Positions 27,690 to 36,333 of a stretch of DNA of 55,078 bases are shown here, piece after piece. The notes under the pieces are model-generated. The model made no database searches. It was not told where the DNA came from and worked only from the letters and a program-made list of their open reading frames with translations. How positions within the stretch are numbered: the stretch's first letter is position 1; the number at the start of each line of letters is the position of its first letter. This stretch comes from a virus (taxonomy: Duplodnaviria > Caudoviricetes): IMG/VR virus record IMGVR_UViG_3300043296_000111, positions 1 through 55,078 of that record; one strand, written 5' to 3'. The translations under genes and the position numbers were made by a program.

Positions 27690-28580
27690 ATGAGAGACCT
27701 GAACGTGCCCACCGAGATCACCACCGCGATGGACAGCGGAGCTGCCCTGGCGGTGTCACTCTCCGGCGGGAAGGACTCCCAGGCCATGGCTCTGGCGCTC
27801 GTCGCCTGGGCCAAGCGGGAAGGCTACTGGGGCGTCAACGAGATCTTCGCGGTCCACGCCGATCTGGGCCGCATGGAGTGGAGCGGAGAGAACGCCACTG
27901 GGCCCATCGTCGCCGCCCAGGCTGCGGCCCTGGACCTGGAGCTGCACGTCGTGAGACGGAGCGACGGCCGAGACCTCCTGGAGCGGATCCGAGACCGGCG
28001 GGAAGCGGTCGGACCTGACAAGCCCTTCTGGCCCAGCTCCAAGACCCGCTACTGCACCTCGGACCTCAAGCGCGAGCCGATCAACAAGCTCCTCAGGAAG
28101 TGGACCCACATCATCAGCGCGGAGGGGATCAGGAAGGCCGAGAGCAAGGCCAGAGCCAACAAGCCCTGCTGGGCTCCCCGCAAGCGGATCCTCTCCCAGA
28201 CCCGCCAGGCCCACACCTGGAACCCGATCCTCGACTGGACTGAGGACGATGTCTGGGCCGCCCTGGGTGGCCGCGACGGCGACCTGGTCCACCCGGCCTA
28301 CGGGATGGGGAACGAACGACTGAGCTGCGCCCTCTGCGTCTTCGGCTGCGACGGCGACCTGGTCAACGGAGCCCGGAACAACCCGCAGCTCTTCGACGCC
28401 CTCCTGGAGATGGAGCGCGACAGCGGCTGGCGCTGGACACAGTCGCGGAGCCTCGAAGAGGTGAAGCTCTGCCTCGACGGGAAGGCCCCGCTGGAGCTGG
28501 TCGAGATGACCGCCGGGCCCGACAAAGGGCAGATGAAGCTGCGGATCCAGCTCCCAGTCCTCAACACCTCAGGAGCCTGA
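27690..28580 (+). CDS. PAPS reductase-family (adenine nucleotide alpha-hydrolase) protein (296 aa)
   Basis: PP-loop SLSGGKDS, RYCTSDLKREP, GIRKAESKARA, RLSCALC. Confidence 0.88.
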   Translation: MRDLNVPTEITTAMDSGAALAVSLSGGKDSQAMALALVAWAKREGYWGVNEIFAVHADLGRMEWSGENATGPIVAAQAAALDLELHVVRRSDGRDLLERIRDRREAVGPDKPFWPSSKTRYCTSDLKREPINKLLRKWTHIISAEGIRKAESKARANKPCWAPRKRILSQTRQAHTWNPILDWTEDDVWAALGGRDGDLVHPAYGMGNERLSCALCVFGCDGDLVNGARNNPQLFDALLEMERDSGWRWTQSRSLEEVKLCLDGKAPLELVEMTAGPDKGQMKLRIQLPVLNTSGA

Positions 28581-28582
28581 AC

Positions 28583-29242
28583 ATGATCTACCTGCTGGGC
28601 GACATGACCAACGGCACGGCCAAGCTGGCCGACACCTACCCGAGGGGGATCGGGCGCTGCTACGTGGACTCGCGCCTGGACCCCTTCCCGGAGGAGCCCT
28701 GGATCCTGGACAACGGGGTCTTCCGGGCCTGGAACCGCAACGGCCGCGACCCCTCCACCGACTACGCCAAGGAGTACGCCTTCTTCGAGGCGAAGCTCGC
28801 GGAGGTGGCCGACCGGGCCGACGAAGGCCGGGGCCCTCTCTTCGTGGTCGCGGCCGACAGGCCTGGAGACCCGGCCAGCCTGGACGTGACGCTGGCCTGG
28901 CTGGACGACTGGCAGGAGCTGCTCGACGGACAGGACATCCCGATCTACGCCGCCGTGCAGGACGGGATGACCCCTGACACGGTCGAGGCCTCCGGGCTCC
29001 TGGAGCGGGTCTCCGGGCTCTTCCTGGGTGGCTCTGACGAGTTCAAGCTCACCGCCGCTGACTGGCGCGAGCTGACCTCGAAGCACGGGCTGGGATTCCA
29101 CTGGGGACGCTGCACTCAGAGCGTGATCGCGACAGCGGTCGCCCTCGGCTGCGACAGCGCCGACAGCTCCCACCCCTGCCGCCTGGCCGGTGCCAGGTGG
29201 GCCAGATTCCTGGAGGTCTTCGACGCTGAGATGGCCGCCTGA
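28583..29242 (+). CDS. TGT/DpdA-like TIM-barrel protein (219 aa)
   Basis: WILDNG, AVQDG, LFLGGS, HWGR and DSADSS follow the order of tRNA-guanine transglycosylase-like motifs. Confidence 0.5.
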   Translation: MIYLLGDMTNGTAKLADTYPRGIGRCYVDSRLDPFPEEPWILDNGVFRAWNRNGRDPSTDYAKEYAFFEAKLAEVADRADEGRGPLFVVAADRPGDPASLDVTLAWLDDWQELLDGQDIPIYAAVQDGMTPDTVEASGLLERVSGLFLGGSDEFKLTAADWRELTSKHGLGFHWGRCTQSVIATAVALGCDSADSSHPCRLAGARWARFLEVFDAEMAA

Positions 29243-29255
29243 AAAGCGGAAAGCA

Positions 29256-29284
29256 TTGACCCGACATCGTGTCGGCTGTAACGT
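29256..29284 (+). promoter_or_regulatory. sigma70-like promoter P2 with inverted repeat in the spacer
   Basis: TTGACC-17-TAACGT; CCGACA-tcg-TGTCGG. Confidence 0.7.
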
Positions 29285-29323
29285 GGTAGCAGGACTCTCT
29301 CTCTCTCTCGAAAGGACCCCAAC

Positions 29324-29587
29324 ATGAGCTTCGCCCTCTCGACCACCGCCGACCGCGACCCGGAGAAGCAACCGGCCATCGTGATCACCTTCATGGAGGA
29401 TGACGCCCTCTCCTTCGACTGCACCGACGCCGCCTTCTCCTGGCTCGACTCCAACGTCAAAGGCAACCTCGCCAGGCTCCGCATGATCCGCGACAGCCAG
29501 CGCGACCTGGACCGCCAGCACCGCAGCATCCGACAGGACAACGAGATGCTCCAGGAGATCGCCACCGCCCTCGAACCCCACCTCTAG
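29324..29587 (+). CDS. Hypothetical protein (87 aa)
   Basis: CT-repeat leader with GAAAGGA SD. Confidence 0.8.
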   Translation: MSFALSTTADRDPEKQPAIVITFMEDDALSFDCTDAAFSWLDSNVKGNLARLRMIRDSQRDLDRQHRSIRQDNEMLQEIATALEPHL

Positions 29588-29599
29588 GAGGACCACCAG

Positions 29600-29944
29600 A
29601 TGATCCGAATCGGAAGCTACACTCCCTGGGGCGCGGCCGAGACCGTGACCCCGCTGGGCACCGAGGGCGCGGCCTTCGTATCGACGCCCGGCCACGGCGG
29701 GGTCTACCTGCCGCCAGCACTGGCCAAGAAGATGCCAGCCAGCATCGTCGCCGCCTCCTTCCTGAAGAGCGCAACCTGGTGGGAAGAGGACTGCGATGCC
29801 GCCTGGCCGATGGTGGTCCTGGAGCTGGGATCGGAGGCCGACCAGGCCGCCGCCCGCTCCTTCCTCGGCTGCTACAAGCCGGAGCTGCTCGCTCACCTGG
29901 ACGGGGCATACCCGACCGGCCTTCTCTCTCTCGAAAGGAACTGA
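29600..29944 (+). CDS. DUF7007-like protein (114 aa)
   Basis: TPWG, STPGHGG and WWEEDC motifs. Confidence 0.7.
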   Translation: MIRIGSYTPWGAAETVTPLGTEGAAFVSTPGHGGVYLPPALAKKMPASIVAASFLKSATWWEEDCDAAWPMVVLELGSEADQAAARSFLGCYKPELLAHLDGAYPTGLLSLERN

Positions 29945-29947
29945 CCC

Positions 29948-30103
29948 ATGGACGACACGACCTACAGCATCATCCGGTTCAGCATGGACGCGCCCCAGGA
30001 GGTGATCAAGGAGGGCCTGACGCTCGAAGAGGCCCAGGAGCACTGCCAGGACGAGGACACGCACGGCCCAGGCTGGTTCGACGGCTACCGGGAGGAAGTG
30101 TGA
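29948..30103 (+). CDS. Small acidic protein (51 aa; not in the ORF track)
   Basis: MDDTTYSIIRF...GLTLEEAQEHC...WFDGYREEV; has the CTCTCTCGAAAGGA leader. Confidence 0.75.
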   Translation: MDDTTYSIIRFSMDAPQEVIKEGLTLEEAQEHCQDEDTHGPGWFDGYREEV

Positions 30104-30969
30104 ACTCGACCACCTTCGGACTCCTCGGAGCTGGGGCCCCGTTCAGTGTGGCCTACGGGATGGGGGTGGACTCCACCGCCATGCTCGTGGGCCTGGCCGA
30201 GCGGGGGATCCGGCCCGACGCGATCCTCTTCGCTGACGTTGGCGGGGAGAAGCCGGAGACCTACGCCTACCAGGCCACCATGGACGCCTGGCTGCGCTCT
30301 GTAGGCTTCCCGGAGATCACAGTGGTCCGCTACCCTGGGCCGAAGAGCGGAGCCTACGACACGCTCGAAGGGAACTGCATCTCGAACGGGACGCTGCCCT
30401 CGCTGGCCTTCGGCTTCAAGAGCTGCTCGCTGAAGTGGAAGGTCGAGCCCCAGAAGAAGTGGGAGCGGGCCTGGCAGCCCGCCCAGGACGCCTGGGCCAA
30501 GGGCCTGCCCATCATCAAGGCCATCGGCTTCGACGCCTCTCCCAAGGACTCGAAGCGGTGCAGCTACGCGGCCGACAAAGTCGAGGACGATCCGAAATAC
30601 CACTACTGGTATCCGCTCCGCGACTGGGGCTGGACACGCGAGGAGTGCATGGCCCAGATCGAAGCGGCCGGGCTCCCGGTCCCGATGAAGAGCGCCTGCT
30701 TCTTCTGCCCCGCGAACCAGGTCGAGGAGATCGTCTGGCTGACCGACAAACACCCGGAGCTGGCCGACCGGATCATCGCGATGGAGAACAACGCCAGGCC
30801 CAGGCTGAAGAAGATCGACGGGCTCTGGCGCAACGGGGTGAAGGGCACACGGGGCGGGATCCCGAAGCCTGGCCGGATGGCTGACTTCATCCACCGCTAC
30901 CGGGGCACGGCCGAGAAGACCTGGCCGATCCAGCTCCCCGTGATTCAACCGACCAAGGAGGCCGCATGA
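30100..30969 (+). CDS. Second PAPS-reductase-like/adenine nucleotide alpha-hydrolase (289 aa)
   Basis: GTG with GGAGGA SD; AYGMGVDS, FADVGGEKPETY, CSLKWK, KSACFFCP. Confidence 0.85.
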   Translation: MNSTTFGLLGAGAPFSVAYGMGVDSTAMLVGLAERGIRPDAILFADVGGEKPETYAYQATMDAWLRSVGFPEITVVRYPGPKSGAYDTLEGNCISNGTLPSLAFGFKSCSLKWKVEPQKKWERAWQPAQDAWAKGLPIIKAIGFDASPKDSKRCSYAADKVEDDPKYHYWYPLRDWGWTREECMAQIEAAGLPVPMKSACFFCPANQVEEIVWLTDKHPELADRIIAMENNARPRLKKIDGLWRNGVKGTRGGIPKPGRMADFIHRYRGTAEKTWPIQLPVIQPTKEAA

Positions 30970-31865
30970 CCAGAGCCGTTGACCTCTTCGCTGGCTGGGG
31001 TGGGTTCACCCTGGGAGCGGAGCAGGCCGGAGTCGATGTCGTCTGGGCCGCGAACCACTGGCCCATGGCGGTGGAGGCCCACGCGCTGAACCACCCCGAC
31101 ACGATCCACGCCTGCCAGGATCTGACCCAGGCCGACTGGACCAAGCTCCCCGAGTACGAGCTGCTCCTCGCGAGCCCGGCCTGCCCTGGCCACTCGACGG
31201 CGAGCCAGCCCAGGCGACGGGCCTACCACGACGAGTCCCGCGCCACCGCCTGGGCGGTCGTGGACTGCGCCGAGGTGACCTGGCCGGAGACCCTGATCGT
31301 GGAGAACGTGCCCGCCTTCCGACGCTGGCAGCTCTACCCGATCTGGAAGAGCGCACTGCGCCAGCTAGGCTACGAACTCGAAGAGCACGTCCTCCGGGCC
31401 AGCCACTACGGGGTGCCCCAGCGCCGGGACCGGCTCTTCATCCTGGGCTCGCGGGTGGGGGCCCACATCACCCCCCGGAAGCCCTCGCAGGAGCCCGCCT
31501 TCGGGCCCTGCATCGACTGGGACGCCGGGGAGTGGCGACCCATCACGGTCGCAGGCAAGGGCGCTCAGAAGCGCATGGCTGCGGGCCACGCCCGGCACGG
31601 GGATCGGTTCCTCAGTCAACACACGACGGGCCACCGAGGCATCAGCCTGGACGAGCCCATCAGGACCATCACGGCCCAGGACCACTGGCTCGCGGTGGAC
31701 GGAGATCTCTACCGCCCGCTCACGATCCGAGAGACGGCTCGCGGGATGGGCTTCCCGGAGGACTACGCCTGGCCAGAGAACGCCACGCGGACGGACTCCA
31801 TCATCGGCCTGGGCAACGCAGTCTGCCCGCCCGTGGTCGCGGACATCATCAAGGAGGCAGCATGA
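30966..31865 (+). CDS. C5 DNA cytosine methyltransferase (299 aa)
   Basis: DLFAGWGG, SPAC, ENV, PQRRDR and GNAV motifs. Confidence 0.92.
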   Translation: MTRAVDLFAGWGGFTLGAEQAGVDVVWAANHWPMAVEAHALNHPDTIHACQDLTQADWTKLPEYELLLASPACPGHSTASQPRRRAYHDESRATAWAVVDCAEVTWPETLIVENVPAFRRWQLYPIWKSALRQLGYELEEHVLRASHYGVPQRRDRLFILGSRVGAHITPRKPSQEPAFGPCIDWDAGEWRPITVAGKGAQKRMAAGHARHGDRFLSQHTTGHRGISLDEPIRTITAQDHWLAVDGDLYRPLTIRETARGMGFPEDYAWPENATRTDSIIGLGNAVCPPVVADIIKEAA

Positions 31866-32203
31866 ACAAGACGAGAGCAGTGGTCACCTGGAGGCACCTC
31901 GGCGCTCACCCCCACCAGGGCCGCCAGCTCCACACCTGGATGGGCGAGTTCCCAACGGTGACCGAGACGGTCTGGGACCAGGAGCTGGACGACCAGCTCC
32001 AGCCCAGCAACTTCATCTGCCGGATCGAATCCTGGCAGCCGACCGGCAGCCCGGCGACCGTGGGGTTCTGGTTCCGGCTGGTCAAGCAGGGCCGCCACGC
32101 GGGAGGGCGCAGGTACTCGACCCACAAGACGCTGGCCCTCGCCCAGGCCTACGCCGACCGCTGGGCCAGGGGCCGCTTCTACTACCAGCGCGACGTCAAG
32201 TAA
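31862..32203 (+). CDS. Hypothetical protein (113 aa)
   Basis: ATGA overlap; GGAGG SD. Confidence 0.7.
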   Translation: MNKTRAVVTWRHLGAHPHQGRQLHTWMGEFPTVTETVWDQELDDQLQPSNFICRIESWQPTGSPATVGFWFRLVKQGRHAGGRRYSTHKTLALAQAYADRWARGRFYYQRDVK

Positions 32204-32231
32204 CACGATGCAACATGATGCAACGTCAGCG

Positions 32232-32260
32232 TTGACACGACGGGATGACGGGTGTATTAG
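32232..32260 (+). promoter_or_regulatory. sigma70-like promoter P3
   Basis: TTGACA-17-TATTAG; a GATGCAAC direct repeat lies just upstream. Confidence 0.65.
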
Positions 32261-32297
32261 TTCAGTAGGATCTCTCTCTCATCGAAAGGAGGCCACC

Positions 32298-32594
32298 ATG
32301 GCCGCACCGCTCTACGACGACCTCGGTCAGCGCCTGACGGACTGCTGCGCTGCCTACTCCACCTACGCGGAGTGCGGGACCTTCGACAGGCCCGGCGAGA
32401 CGACTGAGATCCTCTGCTGCAAGAGCTGCTACCACCCGGTCGCGATAGGCCAGGGTGACGGCACAGAGTTCCGGCCCGGAGTCACCTCCGAGGCCTACTT
32501 CCGGGAGACGTTCCGCCGCCAGATGTGGCGGGACATGATCTCCCAGACCCGGCCAGAGAACTGGCCAACATTCTCTCGAAAGGAGACAGCATGA
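32298..32594 (+). CDS. Cys-rich hypothetical protein (98 aa)
   Basis: TDCC...CCKSC; GAAAGGAGG SD. Confidence 0.75.
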   Translation: MAAPLYDDLGQRLTDCCAAYSTYAECGTFDRPGETTEILCCKSCYHPVAIGQGDGTEFRPGVTSEAYFRETFRRQMWRDMISQTRPENWPTFSRKETA

Positions 32595-33454
32595 AAGGCA
32601 TGATGCTTCACTGCGGAGCCGCGCTCGCGACCCGCACCGAGGTCTTCGAGGCGGCAACGCCCGACGAGACCGACACTCACTTCCCGGTGCCCCACGGGGC
32701 CCTGATCGAAGTGATCGAACGCCACGTCCAGGCCAGCGGATTCCACATCGCCAGCGAGGAGTACGGGCTCTGGAAGGATGGCAACCGGATGTTCGGAGTC
32801 TGGGGTCTGCAGAACGGGGCCCAGGTCGAACACGAGGACTTCCAGTTGGTGATGGGGGTCCGCAACTCTCACGACAAAGCGTTCAGCGCCGGGATGGCGG
32901 TGGGCAGCCGAGTCTTCGTCTGCGACAACTTGGCCTTCAGCGCCGAGATCGTGATCGCACGGAAGCACACCAGGTTCATCATGCGTGACCTGGACAAGAT
33001 GGTGGCCGAGGCCAGCGGCAAGATCGCCCAGGCCCGAGTCAGCCAGGCCCAGAGGATCGAAGCCTACAAGGCGACGGACCTGGATGACGCCCAGGCCCAC
33101 GACCTGATCATCAGGAGCGTGGACGCCCAGGTGATGGCCAACAGCTACATCTCGAAGGTCCTCCACGAGTGGAGAGACAGCGAGCACGAGGCGTTCGCAC
33201 CGCGCACCGCGTGGTCGCTCTTCAACGCCTACACCCAGGTCTTCAAACAGACCAACCCGCTGGACCTCACCCAGCGGAGCGTCCGACTCCACGGCCTGAT
33301 GGACATGGCCACGGACGCCTTCGGAGTGGAGGCCGGGACACCGGACTTCGGAGAGGGCCTGCGGAAGCTGGCCGGGATCGAAGAGGTGGAGGCGGTCGAG
33401 GTCGAGGCCGCACCGCTGCCGGAGCCCCAGGCCCGGATGGGATTCACCTTCTAA
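32591..33454 (+). CDS. DUF932-family protein (287 aa)
   Basis: RNSHDK...RVFVCDNLAF and TAWSLFNAYT motifs. Confidence 0.85.
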   Translation: MKGMMLHCGAALATRTEVFEAATPDETDTHFPVPHGALIEVIERHVQASGFHIASEEYGLWKDGNRMFGVWGLQNGAQVEHEDFQLVMGVRNSHDKAFSAGMAVGSRVFVCDNLAFSAEIVIARKHTRFIMRDLDKMVAEASGKIAQARVSQAQRIEAYKATDLDDAQAHDLIIRSVDAQVMANSYISKVLHEWRDSEHEAFAPRTAWSLFNAYTQVFKQTNPLDLTQRSVRLHGLMDMATDAFGVEAGTPDFGEGLRKLAGIEEVEAVEVEAAPLPEPQARMGFTF

Positions 33455-33462
33455 CACGGTAC

Positions 33463-33493
33463 GCCTGGCCGGGGTTCGACTCCCCGGCCGGGC
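33463..33493 (+). ncRNA. tRNA-like element 4: continuous 12-bp minihelix with T-loop
   Basis: gcctggccgggg-TTCGACT-ccccggccgggc (one G-U pair); 12 bp equals tRNA acceptor plus T stem. Confidence 0.8.
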
Positions 33494-33522
33494 CATGCAG
33501 GACCCCTCGAAAGGAGAACGAG

Positions 33523-33702
33523 ATGAGGAAGGCACAACGGAAGGCTGCGGAGGATCTGATCGGCGCAGCGCAGCAGATGATCAAGGCCGTCGTGGATCCC
33601 AGCGGGACGGGCACCAGGCCCCCGCTGGGCTGGGACGTGAGCAAGCTCCAGTTCGCCGTGCAGGCAGCAGAGGGCGAGTTCGCCCAAACGGAGGGAGCCT
33701 GA
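33523..33702 (+). CDS. Hypothetical protein (59 aa)
   Basis: TCGAAAGGAG SD. Confidence 0.7.
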   Translation: MRKAQRKAAEDLIGAAQQMIKAVVDPSGTGTRPPLGWDVSKLQFAVQAAEGEFAQTEGA

Positions 33703-33718
33703 GACGGCCCTCCGCGAC

Positions 33719-33976
33719 ATGAACCGGGCCCAGCTCGAAGAGACCCTGGAGGCCAACACCTCGGACGGCCCGTTCGGATCGGCCCTGGCCGAGGAGATCC
33801 AGGAGGCCCTGAAGTGGGTCTGCAGGACCTGTGGCAAGCCTGGAGCGGACATCGTGACCGACCGCTACGGGATCTACTACGGGACGCTCTGCGAGCCTTG
33901 TGAGAAGGCCAGCGGGATCGGGGACTTCGTCTTCGATGAAGCCTACGCGGGCGAACGACTCGAAGAGGACTACTAG
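33719..33976 (+). CDS. Zn-ribbon protein (85 aa)
   Basis: CRTC...CEPC. Confidence 0.7.
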   Translation: MNRAQLEETLEANTSDGPFGSALAEEIQEALKWVCRTCGKPGADIVTDRYGIYYGTLCEPCEKASGIGDFVFDEAYAGERLEEDY

Positions 33977-33978
33977 CC

Positions 33979-34212
33979 ATGGACAACATCGGAAGACCCT
34001 CGAAGGACCACCTCCTCGCGACCGGGAGGCTCGACAAGGTCCACGACGGGCTGGAGTGCGGAGGCATCACCGAGACCACCATGACCTCGGTCGAGGTCTG
34101 GCAGTGTGGCCGACCGACCAACCAGTGGCGGCTCTACCGCGATCAGCATGGCGTGGATCGGGTGATCCCGGAGCCGAACCCCACCATCAAGGAGTGGCCC
34201 CAGGATGACTGA
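33979..34212 (+). CDS. Hypothetical protein (77 aa)
   Basis: Packed ORF with GAGGA SD. Confidence 0.6.
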   Translation: MDNIGRPSKDHLLATGRLDKVHDGLECGGITETTMTSVEVWQCGRPTNQWRLYRDQHGVDRVIPEPNPTIKEWPQDD

Positions 34213-34579
34213 CATACAGCGAGCTGGACCCGTGATCGGGATCGTGCGCCTGGAGAAGTCACGCCACCCAGACCTGGACCCGGTCAGCTTCGCGACCATC
34301 GACGGCGACCGATACCACCAGGTGCAGGAAGGCGTGGTCCTGGGGGACGACCTGGTGCTGTGGGAGGAGGGCGACAACTCGCGGCCGATGGCCTGCGATC
34401 TGCGCTGGGTGCTCCAGCAGGCGGCCGGGTACATGACCGGCAGCCAGGAGGGCGTGACCCGAGAGGGGGCGGCCGAGCCGACCCGCCAGGAGGAGAACGA
34501 ACGCTACGGCGAGGGGGGAGTCCTCGACGCCGAAGAGGACCAGGCCCACCTCGACCGCCAGGCCGAGGAGGAGGAGTGA
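34205..34579 (+). CDS. Acidic hypothetical protein (124 aa)
   Basis: Overlapping start; acidic C-terminus. Confidence 0.65.
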   Translation: MTDIQRAGPVIGIVRLEKSRHPDLDPVSFATIDGDRYHQVQEGVVLGDDLVLWEEGDNSRPMACDLRWVLQQAAGYMTGSQEGVTREGAAEPTRQEENERYGEGGVLDAEEDQAHLDRQAEEEE

Positions 34580-34950
34580 AGTACGACCTGAAGAAGCCGT
34601 GCCACTCCTGCCCGTTCGTGATCGCCCACAAGTTCCCGCTGCGGCCTGAACGGATCGAAGAGATCCGGGACTGCCGGGCCGAGTTCTCGTGCCACAACAC
34701 CGTGGATTACGACGGCGACGAGGAGGTCTACGACGAGGAGGGGGTGGCCAACCCCTACCGCAGCACCAAGGGGGAGAAGCACTGCATGGGCCACCTGATC
34801 GTCTGCTGGGCAGACTGGGGTGGGTTCGACCAGCTCCAGGCGATGTCGGCTCGCGCTGGGCTGTTCAAGCCGGAGGAGCTGCCGACACCAGAAGAGGCCG
34901 GGGTCTTCGAGACCTGGGACGACATGATCGACGCTAACGAGGAGAGCTGA
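34576..34950 (+). CDS. Cys/His metal-binding hypothetical protein (124 aa)
   Basis: KPCHSCPF, FSCHNT, CMG; GTGA overlap. Confidence 0.75.
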   Translation: MKYDLKKPCHSCPFVIAHKFPLRPERIEEIRDCRAEFSCHNTVDYDGDEEVYDEEGVANPYRSTKGEKHCMGHLIVCWADWGGFDQLQAMSARAGLFKPEELPTPEEAGVFETWDDMIDANEES

Positions 34951-34951
34951 G

Positions 34952-35185
34952 ATGGCGAACACGAAAGACGGTGCCAGATTCATCCACGAGGAGAGCGGGC
35001 TGCGCGAGTTCATCAGGAAGGGGCTCGTGGACCAGCAGGGCCTGGAGGACGACCTGGTGCAGATCGCGATGAACCGCTGGAACGACGACTTGGATCCGGT
35101 GGGCCCCTTCGAGCACGGTGTCTTCGCCGTGATCGTGAGCATCTTCGAGAAGATGGAGGAGCAGCAGGCCAATGACGACGACTGA
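34952..35185 (+). CDS. Acidic hypothetical protein (77 aa)
   Basis: GGAG SD; packed ORF. Confidence 0.7.
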   Translation: MANTKDGARFIHEESGLREFIRKGLVDQQGLEDDLVQIAMNRWNDDLDPVGPFEHGVFAVIVSIFEKMEEQQANDDD

Positions 35186-35501
35186 GCGAGTACGACCTCA
35201 CAGAGACATGACGGGCGAGGAGCTGACCACCTGGAGGCAGCAGCAGGCCGGGGACTACGCCTACGCCAGGAACCAGCGCCGACCCGGCTGGAACCAGCGA
35301 CGGGCGGCCCACTGGTACGGGGTGAGCGAGCGCCAGTGGCAGCGATACGAGAACAGCGAGAGCCCGGTCCCGCTGTCCCTGGTGAAGAGGCTGATCGCAT
35401 ACGAGACGAGCTTCGACCAGACCGTGGACCGGCTCTTCGACACCACGCCCACGCAGCTCGAAGACCAGGACGGGATCTTCCCCGAGCTGAAGGGCCGATG
35501 A
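35172..35501 (+). CDS. XRE-family HTH protein (109 aa)
   Basis: WNQRRAAHWYGVSERQWQRYENSESPVP. Confidence 0.75.
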   Translation: MTTTERVRPHRDMTGEELTTWRQQQAGDYAYARNQRRPGWNQRRAAHWYGVSERQWQRYENSESPVPLSLVKRLIAYETSFDQTVDRLFDTTPTQLEDQDGIFPELKGR

Positions 35502-35770
35502 GCCGCCTCTTCGAGTGGGCCTGGAAGGTGGTGGGCCGCGCTGGCGGGATCGCCCGGTGGATCTTGGTCCTGGGCTTCCTGGCCGCAGCCGCCACCCCGG
35601 CCGAGGCACAGACCCACGCCCGCCTGACCTCGAAGACGGTCTCGGGGGACACCAAGACGTGCTACTACAAGGCCAACGGGAACGTCCACACGAGGCTGGT
35701 CGGGAGGTCCAGGCCCTGCCCGTTGAGCATCCCGATCCGGGAGCCCCTACCACGGCCCAGGCCAGACTGA
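35498..35770 (+). CDS. Small exported protein (90 aa)
   Basis: Hydrophobic signal ending AEA-Q; two Cys in the mature part. Confidence 0.6.
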   Translation: MSRLFEWAWKVVGRAGGIARWILVLGFLAAAATPAEAQTHARLTSKTVSGDTKTCYYKANGNVHTRLVGRSRPCPLSIPIREPLPRPRPD

Positions 35771-35791
35771 CGCGACATCCCAGCCCCCCGG

Positions 35792-35820
35792 TTGCGGGAA
35801 AAAGTTTTCGGACATATTGT
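35792..35820 (+). promoter_or_regulatory. sigma70-like promoter P4
   Basis: TTGCGG-17-TATTGT in an AT-richer intergenic gap. Confidence 0.6.
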
Positions 35821-35844
35821 GGTGGCTCGAAAGGGAGCGAAAGG

Positions 35845-36054
35845 ATGAAGTACAGGATCCACCTGGGCCGTCACGTCGGCCGGGGCAAGACGATCATCGA
35901 CGCTATCGGCAAGCTCATGCTCGAAATCCAGAAGCATGGCACCAAGAGCGAGACCGAGTCGATGGCCCGCTCCATGATGGGGATTGTCGAACTGGGCACC
36001 CGCCTGGATAAGGCCTGGGACGTGAGCACCGGGCTACCTGAGGAGAGAAACTGA
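35845..36054 (+). CDS. Hypothetical protein (69 aa)
   Basis: GGGAG SD downstream of P4. Confidence 0.65.
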   Translation: MKYRIHLGRHVGRGKTIIDAIGKLMLEIQKHGTKSETESMARSMMGIVELGTRLDKAWDVSTGLPEERN

Positions 36055-36266
36055 TGGACCGAGTCAGATCATTCACAGAGCGCCAGATCCTGGAGTGCCT
36101 GAAGGCCCCCGAGCCCCAGACCGTCCGTGACTTCGCGGCCGTTGGGCTCACGCGCAGCCACACCCTGAAACACGCGCTGATGGACCTGGAGCGGGACGGC
36201 CTGATCGTCTCCCGCCTGGAGGGAGCGAGCAGCCCCCTCCGCACCTACGAGCTAGTCGCCCAGTGA
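36054..36266 (+). CDS. Winged-helix DNA-binding protein (70 aa)
   Basis: TERQILECL...TVRDFA...LMDLERDGLI. Confidence 0.65.
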   Translation: MDRVRSFTERQILECLKAPEPQTVRDFAAVGLTRSHTLKHALMDLERDGLIVSRLEGASSPLRTYELVAQ

Positions 36267-36333
36267 ACAACGAGAGTGCCTGTGGGGGGCCACCGTGTCA
36301 GAGTTCTTGCGATTCGCTGGACGGTGGAACTAC

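Noticed and set aside
33463-33493. Intrinsic terminator reading of the hairpins
   Set aside because: No consistent U-tract, and the conserved 7-nt T-loop is not expected of terminators.
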